From positions 137,456,001 to 137,520,000 of the forward strand of contig CM059431.1 in NCBI GenBank assembly GCA_030390025.1: 64,000 nt of DNA. The letters run 5' to 3'. Position numbers and translations under genes: made by a program. The DNA is from Squalus acanthias (taxonomy: Eukaryota). The notes under the pieces are model-generated. The model ran no database searches, had not been told where the DNA came from, and was given only the letters and a program-made list of their open reading frames with translations. Below are positions 49,701 to 60,734 of this stretch, piece after piece; position 1 is the first letter of the stretch, and the number at the start of each line of letters is the position of its first letter.

Positions 49701-51275
49701 TGGATCCGCCAAACTCAATGGTGAGCTTCTTATGCTGCTTTTGAAAATCTAGCCCTAAGATAAGATCACTACATAAGTCCTTGAGCACCGAAAGCCGGGT
49801 GGAGGGATACCTGTGACCATTAAGTGTTATTTCAACCATACAAAAGCCAGAAATTCTGGTATTAAGTGATGACTGAGCCATCGCAATTGCCTGGTCCGAT
49901 GGGAAAACATGTAGCTTTAACTCTGCAACAATCTGTTCCCTAATGAAACTATCAGTGCTACCTGAGTCAATTAAGGCATCTAAAGTATGTCCATTAATTG
50001 ATGCTTTTGTAGCTGCATGGAATAGGTTCTGAGTACAAGCAGCTGTAATTGGTGTCGTTGCACAAAGAGTGGCTGAAACTCTAGGTGTGTTTCTTCGAGA
50101 GAAAACCCGAGAGGAAGCACGATAGATTTTAGCCGGAACATCTGGATAGGCCCTTACCGGGGCAGTTCGGTAGGACTTAGCTTGATAAGCCCTCGTAGAG
50201 GCTCTTGATAGGCAAACCTTTGCAAAATGACCCTTTTTGTTGCAATGACTGCAAAACGCATTGCGAGCAGGGCAGAATTTCCGAGGGTGAAACTCATCAC
50301 CACAAAAGAAGCATTTCTTAGATTGCCAAGAGGCTGCCACAGTGGGGTCATCATCCTCTTCATCAGTGAAGTCATCAGATTGATCATCAGGGATAAAGTC
50401 CTCCCTAATAGAGTTCACCTGTGGCCTCTTAAATTGCCTGACTGTAGTTAAGGCAGCAGACCGAGGTCTGGGCACTGTATAAAGGTCTGCATTTCTTTTT
50501 GCCAGATCTAGAAAGCAAGCCATGTCATAAGCTCTCTGAAGCTCAAGTGTCTTACTTTCCAGTAGACGCTGGCGTATAAATGGGGAGGCAAGCCCGCAGA
50601 TGAAAGCATCACGGATCATTTCTTCACGGTACAGCTCAGCTGAGGCCGCCTGAAAGTTACAGTCCATACTAAGTCTGCGAAGCTCTTGGAGGAATTTATC
50701 AATGGATTCCTCCGGCCCTTGTTGGGCTGTAGCTGGTAGATGTCTGGCATAGACCTCATTCGGTGTCTTAGTATATAGTCTTTTAAGCGTCCGAATTGCC
50801 TCCTCGTAACTGCCCCATTCCTCGACATACTGAAATACATTCGGGGTGACACAGTTGATGAGTATCCGCAATTTTGAGTCATCATCAGCCTTGCAATATT
50901 CGAGAAAATTGTCAAACGTGCGATACCAGCGTTTCCACACCTTACCGGCTGCTGGGGTGTTTGGGTCCAAGTCAAGACGCGATGGTTTAAGGATGTTTTC
51001 CATGATAGGTGATTCCCTGGATCCTTAGTTCCGAGTTCGTCCAAAAAGTTTGAGTGCGAAGTTTTTCAAAGTTGATTAAATTGTCGTAAGAATGAGCCTT
51101 ACGCGTGGTGAACTTAAAGTAAGCTTTAATCAACTAAAAAGGTGCTACATACAAAAGAGGTCTTACTCTATGCCTCTCCAGGATCCAACTGATCAGCCCA
51201 GTATTTATCCTGGACTAATCACAGGAAGTGACGTAATAAAGTTCAAGTCACAGGAAGCTGTATTGTGTTACCACA
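46796..51275 (-). mobile_element. Full-length Ty3/Gypsy (Mag-like) LTR retrotransposon, copy 2
   Basis: 194-bp LTRs at 46796-46989 and 51082-51275 (2 differences seen), 5-bp TSD CCCCT, PPT. Confidence 0.98.
47053..51003 (-). CDS. Intact single-ORF gag-pol polyprotein (1316 aa)
   Basis: Uninterrupted ORF with 2x CCHC, protease, RT, RNase H, integrase (HDGLCH...CSDCRVC; SIDFKG, HSDRG, GQVER). Confidence 0.97.
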   Translation of the reverse strand: MENILKPSRLDLDPNTPAAGKVWKRWYRTFDNFLEYCKADDDSKLRILINCVTPNVFQYVEEWGSYEEAIRTLKRLYTKTPNEVYARHLPATAQQGPEESIDKFLQELRRLSMDCNFQAASAELYREEMIRDAFICGLASPFIRQRLLESKTLELQRAYDMACFLDLAKRNADLYTVPRPRSAALTTVRQFKRPQVNSIREDFIPDDQSDDFTDEEDDDPTVAASWQSKKCFFCGDEFHPRKFCPARNAFCSHCNKKGHFAKVCLSRASTRAYQAKSYRTAPVRAYPDVPAKIYRASSRVFSRRNTPRVSATLCATTPITAACTQNLFHAATKASINGHTLDALIDSGSTDSFIREQIVAELKLHVFPSDQAIAMAQSSLNTRISGFCMVEITLNGHRYPSTRLSVLKDLCSDLILGLDFQKQHKKLTIEFGGSKPELTISNIRPRLPFCALSAASLDEPSLFTCIPPRCKPIITKSRRFSQEDQSFIAAEISRLLAEDIIESCSSPWRAQVVIVKNPLQPHKKRLCFDYSQTINQYTDLDAYPLPRIDDMVNKLAEYTVFSTYDLKSAYHQVPLKVSDKQYTAFEANGRLYQFRRLPFGVTNGVAVFQRAMDDLVKQEDLKDTFPYLDNITVAGRNQREHDANLQRFWDALQHRNLTLNAAKSIESQPTINILGYCVGNGIIKPDPERLRPLQELPPPKNPASLRRALGLFAYYAKWIPNFSDRIQPLLKASTFPLDTAAVAAFNLLKKQLEKAALHSIDESLPFVVECDASEVAISATLNQEGRPVAFLSRTFQGAELHYPPVEKEATAIIEAVRKWSHLLARQHFTLITDQRSVAFMLDNRKRTKIKNNKIQLWRLELASFGYTIHYRPGKENVAPDTLTRAFCSAMAPSTLVDIHDGLCHPGVTRMLHFVRSRNLPFSTGDVKKMCSDCRVCAELKPQFFRPSGGILIHATQPMQRLSIDFKGPLPSSTRNTYLLTMVDEYSRFPFAFPCLNMLTTTVISCLEQVFAFCGMASYVHSDRGPSFMSGELKAYLSERGIAASRTTPYHPVGNGQVERFNAIIWNAVRLALRSRGRPNQQWEAVLPDALHSTRSLLSTATNTTPHERFFRFQRRSSYGISLPSWLTAPGPVLLRRYVRASKNDPLVDEVELTDVNPTYAYIRYPDGRESTVSLRDLAPCPPKHRGTPGDDIVPGTSLGSPGASHHDLDLTPAGTSLQRADLGQTDYEPVGARTRSHDPPRTVRSETDLPQPCPTPVRAPVHSQDRPDPSQSGLDHSDSGPRPAAGKRARGPLPLREPKRVRLSLVQRLRNGGRMW

Positions 51276-51768
51276 CCCCTTACAAATCGGACACCCCGCA
51301 CCGGTTTTTTGGGGTTGTTTGGGTCCAATACTTGTTCACTAGTTTAGCATTTTATAAAAAATCTTTCCTTTAAACCGCAGCTGATTTCTTTAAATCATCT
51401 CGCAGTTCCTCAATTTACTTTATATACTTTGTAGGACACTCAACTCATGACCTTCCCTAAAACTCCAGCTAGTTGTCTCTTGTCTCTCTTTGAGAGAACC
51501 TGCTAAAATTCTTGGTTCCCTTTGACTTCAGCCCACAAAGGATAATATCGTACCCGTTACCCTGTCCTTTTTACATAGACTGATGGATCCAGTGGGTATT
51601 TTCACATTTGTGTTGTTGTTTCTGTTTTAAAATATTAACAGCTTTAACCCTTTCTTTCCTAGTTGGCCTGTTTTGCTTCTGTAACATTCTATGATTCTAA
51701 GATCTGATTTCCTGTTGCTTCTGTGATGTTTAAATAATCCAAACTCATTCTGTGTCCCTCCCACTTAC

Positions 51769-51935
51769 CCGATGTTCTTGTCCACTGAAATGCCACTTGT
51801 ATGTTAACAACAAGCTGACTCCATCCACCCCTCCTTCAATCGCCTGTTCCAGTCTGTCCCGGTAGAATTTCGTCAACTGGAACAGCTGGTAATCGTTGCA
51901 CTCTGTCAAGAACTCAGTGATTGTTGAGTTCGGAT
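51769..51935 (-). CDS. NLR coding exon 2 (first half of death-fold/CARD-like domain)
   Basis: DPNSTITEFLTECNDYQLFQLTKFYRDRLEQAIEGGVDGVSLLLTYKWHFSGQEHR; cacag acceptor, GTAAGT donor, phase 1-0. Confidence 0.85.
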
Positions 51936-52754
51936 CTGTGAACACACATGGAGAACATTAAACTCATTATCCACTTTATATCCAAGCTGCTACATTGCCT
52001 CTTATACCAAACAGCTGAAACCTCCTGTGAGCCGCATTATCAAACACCTTCTTAAACCACATATACACCGCAGATGCTGCATCTCATCGATCTATACAGT
52101 CCATTCTTTAAAAAAGCGTGCAAATTTGTCAAACACATCTTGCCTACAGTTAGTCGGTTCCAGCCTCCCCTGATCATCCCCTGTATCTCAACATTCACTA
52201 ATTCAACCTTAAATTCCGGACTCGAGCATTCTGCCCATAACTGCCATAGACTAACTGTTCTAGTTACCCGGTTTATCCTCTCTCCTCCATTGTTGAACAG
52301 AGACGTTACTTGGGCTCCTTCAGTGCTCCAGTGTATTGTTTGTATCTAAAACAGATTGAACAATTGTGGAGAGTCTATCCTCCCTCCTCTGTGATTTGAT
52401 TTAACAGCCTGGAGTGTGTTATCTCTAGGCCCAGTCACTTACCCATCTTGACTATTTTTTCAGCTCCAAATCCTTCCCGACATTTAACTCCAACTATGAT
52501 CCCACATCCTCCTCTAGTCCACCTTCTCGCACTACCACCATCATTTTTAGAAACTATTGGAAATGTTTGATAGCTCCTCAAAACATCATCCTCCACAACT
52601 AGATTCTCCCTTCATCCCCAGTGATAGAACCTCGAATTATTGCTTTACTTTTCATAAACCCTGAGTTTTTATATTATCCACTGGCCTTGAACCTAATTCC
52701 CTGTTAACCACTTCCACCCTACATTTCATTGCCTGACTTTAAATTCCCTCAATA

Positions 52755-54160
52755 TGGACCTCAAACCAGGCCAGCGTCCTGGACTCAACTATTCCCAGCT
52801 GCTTCATCAGTGACCTTCGCTCCATCATAAGGTTAGAAGTGAGGCTGCTCACTGATGGTTGCAGTTTGTTCGGCCCCATTCGCAATTCCCCCAATAATGA
52901 AGCAGTCCATGCCCGCATGCAGCAATACGTGGATAACATCCAGTTTTGGCCTGATATGTGGCAAATAATATTCGAACCAAACAAGTTTTTTTTTAATCGT
53001 TTTATGGGATCTGGGTGTCGCTGGCAAGGCCAGCATTTATTGCCCATCCCTAGTTGCCCTTGAGAAAGTGGTGGTGAGCCGCCTTCTTGAACCGCTGCAG
53101 TCCGTGTGGTGATGGTATTTTGTTTCGTAGCGGTTAGTTACAACTGAGTGACTTGCTAGGCCATTTCAGAGGGCAGTTAAGATCAACCACATTGCTGTGG
53201 TTCTGGAGTCACATACAGGCCAGACCAGGTAAGGACGGCAGATTTCCTTCCCTAAAAGGACATCAGTGAACCAGATGGGTTTTTAACGACAATCCGATAG
53301 TTTCATGGTTCACTGATTTATTTAAGTCCCCAGCTGCCGTGGTGGGATTTGAATTCACGTCTCTGAGTCATTAGTCCAGGCCTCTGGATTACTAGCCCAG
53401 CGACATTACCACTACGCTACCGTTCCCAGGGTCAGGCAATGACCATCTCCAACCAGAGATACCATAGCCATATGCCATGACAGTCAATGACGTTATCAAC
53501 AAGTCCCCCACATCAAACAAAATAGAACTGGACCAGCCACATACATCCCCCGTGTCTACGGGAGCAGGTCAGAGGCTGGGTATTCTGTGGCGAGTGGCTC
53601 ACCTCATGACTCCCCAAATTCCCTCCCCCACCTACAACACACGTCAGGAGAGTGATGGAACACTTTCCATTTGTCTGGACAAGTGAAGTTGCAACAACAC
53701 TGAAGATGCTCAACACCATCCAGGACAAAGCATTATGCTTGATCAGCACCCCATCCATTGGGTTAAACATTGACTCCCTCCAGCATTGGCTTACCGTGGT
53801 TGCAGATTACTGTCTACTGGATGCCCTCCAGTAAGTCAGCAAGGCATCTTCGACAGCGCCTCCCACACCCACGACATCCACCACCTAGAAGGACAAGGGC
53901 ACCAGGTGCCTGGGAACACCTTCGCTTCCAAATTCTCCTTAAAGTCACATACAACCCTAACTTGGACATACATCACACCTCCTTCATTGTCGCTGGATCA
54001 AATCCTTGAAACTCCCTACCTAACAGCACTGTGGGAGCACCTTCACCACATGGACTGCAGCGATTCAAGAAGGTGGCCCACCATCACCTATTGAATGGCA
54101 ACTTGGTGTGGGCAATAAATGGGGGCCTTGCCAGCGACACACATGTCCCGAAAAATTTTT
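52755..54160 (+). mobile_element. Decayed LINE 3' region with an antisense SINE inserted at about 52990-53425
   Basis: Degenerate RT (PQ.S.LG...F.CFI.DL) and C-terminal peptides. The 3' end 'gggcaataaat...ccttgccagcgacac' equals the tail of the SINE family at 17.1-17.9 kb. Confidence 0.7.
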
Positions 54161-54592
54161 TTTTAATGTATTTCTAGTTGTGTTTTTGGTTTTGACCGGG
54201 ACAATTTTCTGCTCTTCTTGCCTTCACAGAAAAGGTCACAGCCGTTCAAAGATGTTCTTCCCTCTGGAATCAGATATCTCTATCATTCTCCTCTCACCCT
54301 CGGCTCAGTCGGGGTGACCTACTGCTCCCTGGTTTCAAACTATTGCTCAGGAAGACGATCCTCTGAGTCAGTGTCTCCATCCACCTTACAGTCCCCATCT
54401 ATTGGACAGTTCCAGTACTCAGGGGCTCCCTCCACCTGTGACTGATGTCTCTCTAGATGGTCACTCACTTCCCTCTTTCTCATCAGCCCCTGTCCTGTTC
54501 CCTCGACCTGTGTGAGCTGGAGGTTCTTGCACGAGATCTGGACCCTTTGTCAAGTCAGAAATGATATTGTAAATAATATTCTGTGTTCTTAC

Positions 54593-54656
54593 CTGTGTCC
54601 ATTCTCATTCTTGTTGAAGATGTTGGATCTTCTCCCCTGGTTGGACCTTCAGCCAT
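54593..54656 (-). CDS. NLR coding exon 1 (MAEGPTRGEDPTSSTRMRMDT); exon extends to 54688 as 5' UTR
   Basis: Strong Kozak ACCGCCATGG, CAG|GTAAGA donor, ttacag acceptor at 54689-54690; phase 1 matches exon 2. Confidence 0.75.
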
Positions 54657-54964
54657 GGCGGTGACAGACGTTCCCAGATTATGATGCTCTGTAATAACTA
54701 TATTAATAGGAGAGTTAGATAGAAATATTAAAGTGAGGAGAGCGCTGCCTTGTTAAAGATGATTTCAAGCCCCTCCTCCCCCATTAGTACACCAGCTGTT
54801 AGCTCTGGGATCGAGCATTTCCCGAGTGTTACGATCAACTCTCCACATCAGGTGTGACACAGACAGCTGCCCAGTGAAATCCAGTGAGTCCCGCTGATCC
54901 CCACAACCGAGTTCCAGACGGGCTCCCATCGGCCGAGACTAGCACATTGGTGAGATTTACTCAC

Positions 54965-55009
54965 ACAGTGCAGGCCAAAGCCAGCCTTATTCCTGAGGTG
55001 GAGAATATT
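54965..55009 (-). other. Candidate non-coding 5' UTR exon of the NLR gene
   Basis: ttttcctgcag acceptor and GTGAGT donor only; no transcript evidence. Confidence 0.3.
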
Positions 55010-55759
55010 CTGCAGGAAAATATGGAGCGAGTGATCATTGATGAATTCAATGATCCACCACTCGGTTTTACACAATGTGGCGCTATTGTATTTTTTATTC
55101 GCATATTTGTATTTATTAATTTTGATTTGAGTTTTGATATTAAATTCTGGTACGTTATGAATATGATTTCTATCCATACACAATATACAGCTGGGTGTAA
55201 TCCTCTGGTCTCTATGGGCAGTGACATTGTCCGTGTGTTGATGGAGATGTGTCCTGGTTGGTGCTTCTATTTGAATATATTGACTATATCTCTCCTGGTG
55301 TCAGCACCTGACTAATGAGCACTGTAGAAGGTGAGGATATTTACTGCTGTTCAACTAATATTAACATTAATGTATAATGTTATGAATTATGTCACTTTAA
55401 ACAGTGAGGTGATGCACAGCATTGATTAGTGAAACATTTTCACAGGTTTTATCAATCTCAGGAATGGCCATAAATATACAAGTGGTAGATTTGCCTGCTG
55501 TTTTACAGTGAATATTCTCCACTCGTGCGCGTGTCTCGCTGTGTGTGGGCCCACTCACGTGCGTCCAATCAAACTCTCAGTCAGCGTTCCTTCCTTTCCA
55601 CACTGGGGAAATGTAAAAGCGATTCAGTCTCGGATCAGAAATTTCTCCAAATTATAGTTGAAGTTATTCTCCGGCATTAAATTATAACCCAGTTTGAGAC
55701 CTTGTAAGATTCAGTTATCTGCTGTGTCACTCACGTTGACACTGGTACAATAAACACAC

Positions 55760-57480
55760 AGTAACACCAACTGGCATTTCCATCGAAACACATCGCAAGG
55801 TGCTTCACAGAAGCCAAGTACGACAAAAGATGGGCTCAGACTAAAGGGGGTAGAAGGAGGCGTGGTCAGAATGTTGGTCACAGCAGTGAGTTTCGGAGGG
55901 TTCTAAAGGAGGAGGGAGCTGGAGAGGTTTAGGTGGGGAATTGATGAGCATTGAGCCGGGACAGCCGAAGGCACAGCCGCCATAGATGGGGGGAGGAGAG
56001 GGTGAAATGCCACAAGAGGCCAGAGTCGGAGGAATAGAGAGAGCTCTTGGTGGTGGGGGATTGTAGGGCTGGAGGAGCTTAGAGACAGGAAGGGATTTAA
56101 ACAACGATGGGACTTTTAAATTGGAGCGCTCGGGGAACCGGGAGCCAATGTAGGTTCACAAGCACAGGGATGATGAGTGAGCAGGGCTTTGAAGCTATTT
56201 CTCACCCCGCAGTCGCAGCTACATACACCACTGGCCCTGCCACGCACCAAACTGGCCCAGCCCCGCGACCCCCACTGACCCAGCTCCGACACCAACACTG
56301 GCCCAGCCCCACAACCAACTGTCCCAGCTCCGACACCAACACTGGCCCAGGCCCGCGACCCCCAGGCCCGCGACCCCCACTGACCCAGCCCCGCCCCCCC
56401 ACACTGGCCCAGCCCCGCCCCCCCACACTGGCCCAGCCCCGCACACCCACACACTGGCCCAGCCCCGCCCCCCCACACTGGCCCAGCCCCGCACACTGGC
56501 CCAGCCCCGCCCCCCCACACTGGCCCAGCCCCGCACACCCACACTGGCCCAGCCCCGCACACCCACACACTGGCCCAGCCCCGCCCCCCCACACTGGCCC
56601 AGCCCCGCCCCCGCACACTGGCCCAGCCCCGCCCCCGCACACTGGCCCAGCCCCGCCCCGCCCCCCCCACACTGGCCCAGCCCCGCCCCGCCACACTAGC
56701 CCAGCCCCGCCCCCCCACACTGGCCCAGCCCCGCCCCCCCACACTGGCCCAGCCCCGCCCCCCCACACTGGCCCAGCCATAAGGAGCTTTCATGTGACCA
56801 AACGTTTGGTCAAAGAAGTAGGTTTTAAGGTGCGTCTTAAAAGGAGCAGAGGTAGAGATGTTTAAAGAGGGAATTCCAGAGCTTCGGGCCTCCGCAGCTA
56901 AAGGCACGGCCACCAATGGTGGAGAGAAGGAAATCGGAGATGTGCCACAGGTCAGAATTGGAAGAGCGCAGGGTTTTCAGTGGGATGTAGGACTGGAAGA
57001 GATTACAGACACAGGGAGGGGCAAGGCCATGGAGGGGTTTGAAAACAAGAATGAGAATTATAAAATCAATGCAACGCCAGACCTGGAGCCAATACAGGTC
57101 AGCGAGCACAGGGATAATGGGTGAACGGGACTTGTTGAGAGTTAGAATACACGGAGCAGATTTTTGGATGAGTTCAAGTTTATGGAGAGTGGAAAAGGGT
57201 GGCCGGCCAGGAGAGCCTTGGAGTTTAGAGGTAACAAAGGAATGGATGAGGGTATCAGCAACAGATGAGCTGAGGCAGGGGCAGAGACTGGCGCTGTTAC
57301 GGAGCTGGAAGTAGACGGTGTTGGCTATGGAGTGGATATGTGGTCAGAAGCTCATCGTACGGTCAAATACCACAGCAAGGTTACGGATGCACTGATTCCA
57401 CCGACAGTGGGCAGGGAGAGGGATGGAGTCGATGCTTCGGGAACACAGCTCATGGCAGGGACCGAAGACAATGGCTAATA
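55760..57480 (-). mobile_element. L2-clade LINE 3' fragments flanking a GC-rich tandem repeat
   Basis: LADLYWLQV...FKPLHGLAP...GGRAFSCGGPKLWNSL peptides present twice. Confidence 0.75.
56228..56777. repeat. GC-rich minisatellite, about 24-bp unit acactggcccagccccgccccccc
   Basis: Directly visible, variable-length units. Confidence 0.93.
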
Positions 57481-57757
57481 TTACCTGTCTAGCTATCCCA
57501 CAGGTGCTGCTCACCCAGGAGAATCCCTCCCACTAACACAGCTGGTCGATGCTTTTCATGTATTCCACACATCAGCAGGGTGCACGGTCAAGGAAACACT
57601 GGTCACTCTCACAGGCCGAGGGGTTGGGCGTCCAGCGGGCACAGGGGTTAGGTCAGTGTGGCGGGGGTAGAGGCAGAGGAAAGGGAGGGGGAGGCAGAGT
57701 GGGAACAGGAATTTATTGCACTCTGGACAGTCTCACGGACATTGTAAAAGGGAGGAA

Positions 57758-59790
57758 ACATAGTCATAGAGTCCTACAGCACAGAAAGAGGCCCTTCGGC
57801 CCATCGTGTCTGCACCGGCCATCAAGCCCTGTCTATTCTAATCCCATTTTCCAGCACTTGGTCCGTAGCCTTGTATTATATGGCGTTTCAAGTGCTCATC
57901 TAAATGCTTCTTGAATGTTGAGGGTTCCAGCCTCTACCAATCTTTCAGGCAGTGAGTTCCAGATTCCAACCACCCTCTGGGTGAAAAAGTTTTTCTTCAA
58001 ATCCCCTCTAAACCTCCTGCCCCTTACCTTGAAACTATGCCCCCTGGTTATTGAGCCCTCTACTAAGGGGAAAAGTTCCTTTCTATCTACGCCGCTCATA
58101 ATTTTGTACACCTCAATCAGGTCCCCCCTCAGCCTTCTCTGCTCTAAGGAAAACAACCCCAGCCTGTCCAGTCTCTCTTCATACCTGAAGTGCTCCAGCC
58201 CAGGTAACATCCTGGCGAATCTGCTCTGCACCCTCTCCAATGCAATCACATCCTTCCTATAGTGTGGCGACCAGAACTGCATAACTAGCGTTTTCTACAG
58301 CTCCATCATAACCTCCCTGCTCATTAGCCGAGGCATATCCCACATGCCTTCTTAACCAACTTAGAACCCTGAAAGCAGCAGGACAGGTAGATATGTACAT
58401 GCACACCAAGGTCCCCCTGATCCTCTGTCCTTCCTAGGGTCCTACCTTTCATTGTGTATTCCCTTGCCTTGTTAGTCCTCCCAAAATGCAACACCTCACA
58501 CTTTTCAGGGTTAAATTCCATTTACCACTGTTCTGCCCATCTGACCATCCCGTCTATATCGTCCTGCAGCCTGAGGCTTCCCTCCTCGTTATTTACCACT
58601 CCACCAATTTTCGTGTCATCTGCGAACTTACTGATCATACCTCCTACATTCATATCGAAATCATGAATGTACACTACAAACAGCAAGGGACCCAGCACCG
58701 ATCCCTGCGGTACACCACTGGACACAGGCTTCCAGTCACAAAAACAACCTTCGACCATCACCCTCTGCCTCCTGCCACTAAGGCAATTTTGGATCCAATG
58801 TGCCAAATTGCCCGGGATCCCATGGGCTCTTACCTTCTTGACCAGTCTCCCATGCGGGACTTTGTCAAAAGCCTTACTGAAGTCCATGTAGACTACATCA
58901 ACTGCACTACCCTCATCCACACACCCAGTCACCCCTTCGAAAAATTCAATCGAATTGGTTAGACATGATCTCCCCCTGACAAAGCCATGCTGACTATCCT
59001 TGATTAATCCTTGCCTCTCCAAGTGGAGATTAATTCTGTCCCTCAGAATTTTTTCCAATAATTTCCCTATCACTGTTGTTAGGCTCACTGACCTATAATT
59101 CCCTGGTTTATCCCTATTACCCTTCTTGAATAATGGTACTATGTTAGCTGTCCTCCGGTCCTCAGGCACCTCCCCTGTGGGCAGAGAGGATCTGAAAATT
59201 TGTGTCAGAGCCCCTGCAATCTCCTCCCTTGCCTCACACAGCAGCCTGGGATACATCTCGTCTGGGCCTGGGAATTTATCCACTTTTAAGCCCGGTAAAA
59301 CCACTAATACCTCCCCCCTCTCAATGCTAATTTGTTCAAGTATATCTCAATCCCCCTGCCGGATTTCTATGCCTACATCGTCCTTCTCCATAGTGAACAC
59401 AGATGCAAAATATTCATTTAAAACCTCACCTACATCTTCCTGTTCTACACACAGATTGCCACTTTGGTCCCTAATGGGCCCTACTCTTTCCCTGGTTATC
59501 CTCTTGGCCTTAATATACTTTTAAAACACCTTGGGATTTTCCTTTATTTTGCCCACCAGTGTTTTTTCATGCCCCCTCTTCGCTCTCCTAATTTCTTTTT
59601 TAAGTAACCCCCTGCACTTTCTATACTCCTCTAGGGCTTCCACTGTTTTTAGTCCTTTGTATCTGCCAAAAGCCAGCCTTTTTTTCCTAATACATTCTTG
59701 TATATCCCTTGACATCCAGGGTTCCCTGGACTTGTTGGTCCCACCCTTGACCTTTAAGGGAACATGTTGGCACTGTACTCTCTCTATTTT
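57758..59790 (-). mobile_element. 5'-truncated CR1 LINE (same family as 42980-45138)
   Basis: ORF 58522-59304 RT motifs (DFSKAFDKVPH, KFADDTK), C-terminus at 57896-58282, 3' tail near 57760. Confidence 0.92.
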
Positions 59791-59839
59791 TGATATTAGA
59801 ACATACAGCTCTTCTAATAGCAAAACCAACTTCTAATAT

Positions 59840-60070
59840 TACTAACAGCAAAATACTGGAGATGCTGGAAATATGACATAAAAGCTGAAAATGCTGGAAA
59901 CACTCAGCGGGTCAGGCAGTGTCTGTGGGGAGGGGACGATGGGGTTAACGGTTCAGGTCAATGACCTTTCCTGAGAACAGGTTCAGGATCTGAAACATTA
60001 ACCCCACCTTCCTCTCCCCACAGACGCTACCTGACCCGCTGAGTGTTTCCAGCTTTTATTTCTGATATTT
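59840..60070. repeat. Inverted (palindromic) pair of Penelope-type terminal sequences
   Basis: Arms of about 65 bp at 59893-59956 and 59990-60054 are reverse complements; homologous to 38190-38290. Confidence 0.8.
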
Positions 60071-60734
60071 TTACTCATTCCCATTTCAGACTATATTCCG
60101 TGTTTTACTTGGTTTGGGTTCTCACCATTTCAGAATACACTGGGAATCTGATGCTCGCTGTGTATCTGATGTTGATTTTAGAAGCACATTCCCTGCTTGC
60201 TTGTTGTTCTACTTCTGTATTGTGTGCGTCTGTGACCAATGAAACAGGAGGTAAACACTCACTCGGTGTTTAATGTATTTCACCGTCCCCAGTACTAAAC
60301 ACTGGGGATGTCCAAAGGTAATGAAGCTGTGCTCAGCATTCACTATCTGACCATATTCCATACCCGCTGGTCACAGGCCGTGCTGATCTTTGAGGTTTCT
60401 CTGCATCGTGTTCAATGAATTGAGGATAATTAGTTCCTTTGTTCAATTTTTCCCGTTGATTAGTCACCAGATCTCAGCTATTTTAACACTGAGATCTGAT
60501 GGTGTCGATGTGAGTTCAGCCCCACCTAATAAACAGACACCTGTCCATCTGCTGGGCTCTGCCCCAGACTGGAGTCACCTCAGACCAAATTCCTTTACTC
60601 TAAAATACAAACAAGATTCGCTGTGACTGTGTGTTTAGAGACAGAAACTGATCTCACTTCACATCAGACTGCACAGCCTCATGCTGGATAATTGTGCTCA
60701 GTAGTCAGACTCTCCCAGTCTCATTCTCATCATT

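Larger units (their letters stand above)
45139..51284 (+). mobile_element. LTR-like element (about 1.66 kb after removing the Gypsy insertion) hosting Gypsy copy 2
   Basis: Starts TGTA exactly where the CR1 stops; AATAAA near 46575; ends CCCCT-TACA at 51284 once the insertion is removed. No matching TSD seen. Confidence 0.45.
6942..54656 (-). pseudogene. NLR gene (death-fold/CARD-like + NACHT + RI-type LRR; NLRP3/NLRC3-like family), 12 coding exons, one frameshift in this assembly
   Basis: Manually spliced exons 54593-54656, 51769-51935, 41425-41596, 41268-41333, 25915-27689, 24569-24655, 24045-24215, 23754-23924, 18264-18434, 7511-7681, 7202-7369, 6942-7029. All introns are GT-AG and all phases are compatible. 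The only lesion seen is +1 nt at 26383-26385, so true pseudogene status is uncertain. Confidence 0.85.

Noticed and set aside
9192..51275. One giant inverted-repeat composite transposon carrying the NACHT exons
   Set aside because: Each Gypsy copy has its own distinct TSD and the NLR exon order is colinear across both.
56107..56916. Pro-rich and Gly-rich ORFs
   Set aside because: Translations of a GC-rich minisatellite between L2 fragments.
60255..60660. Possible NLR first exon and IRF-like promoter motifs
   Set aside because: Only a GTGAGT and short GAAAC-type words; too weak without transcript data.
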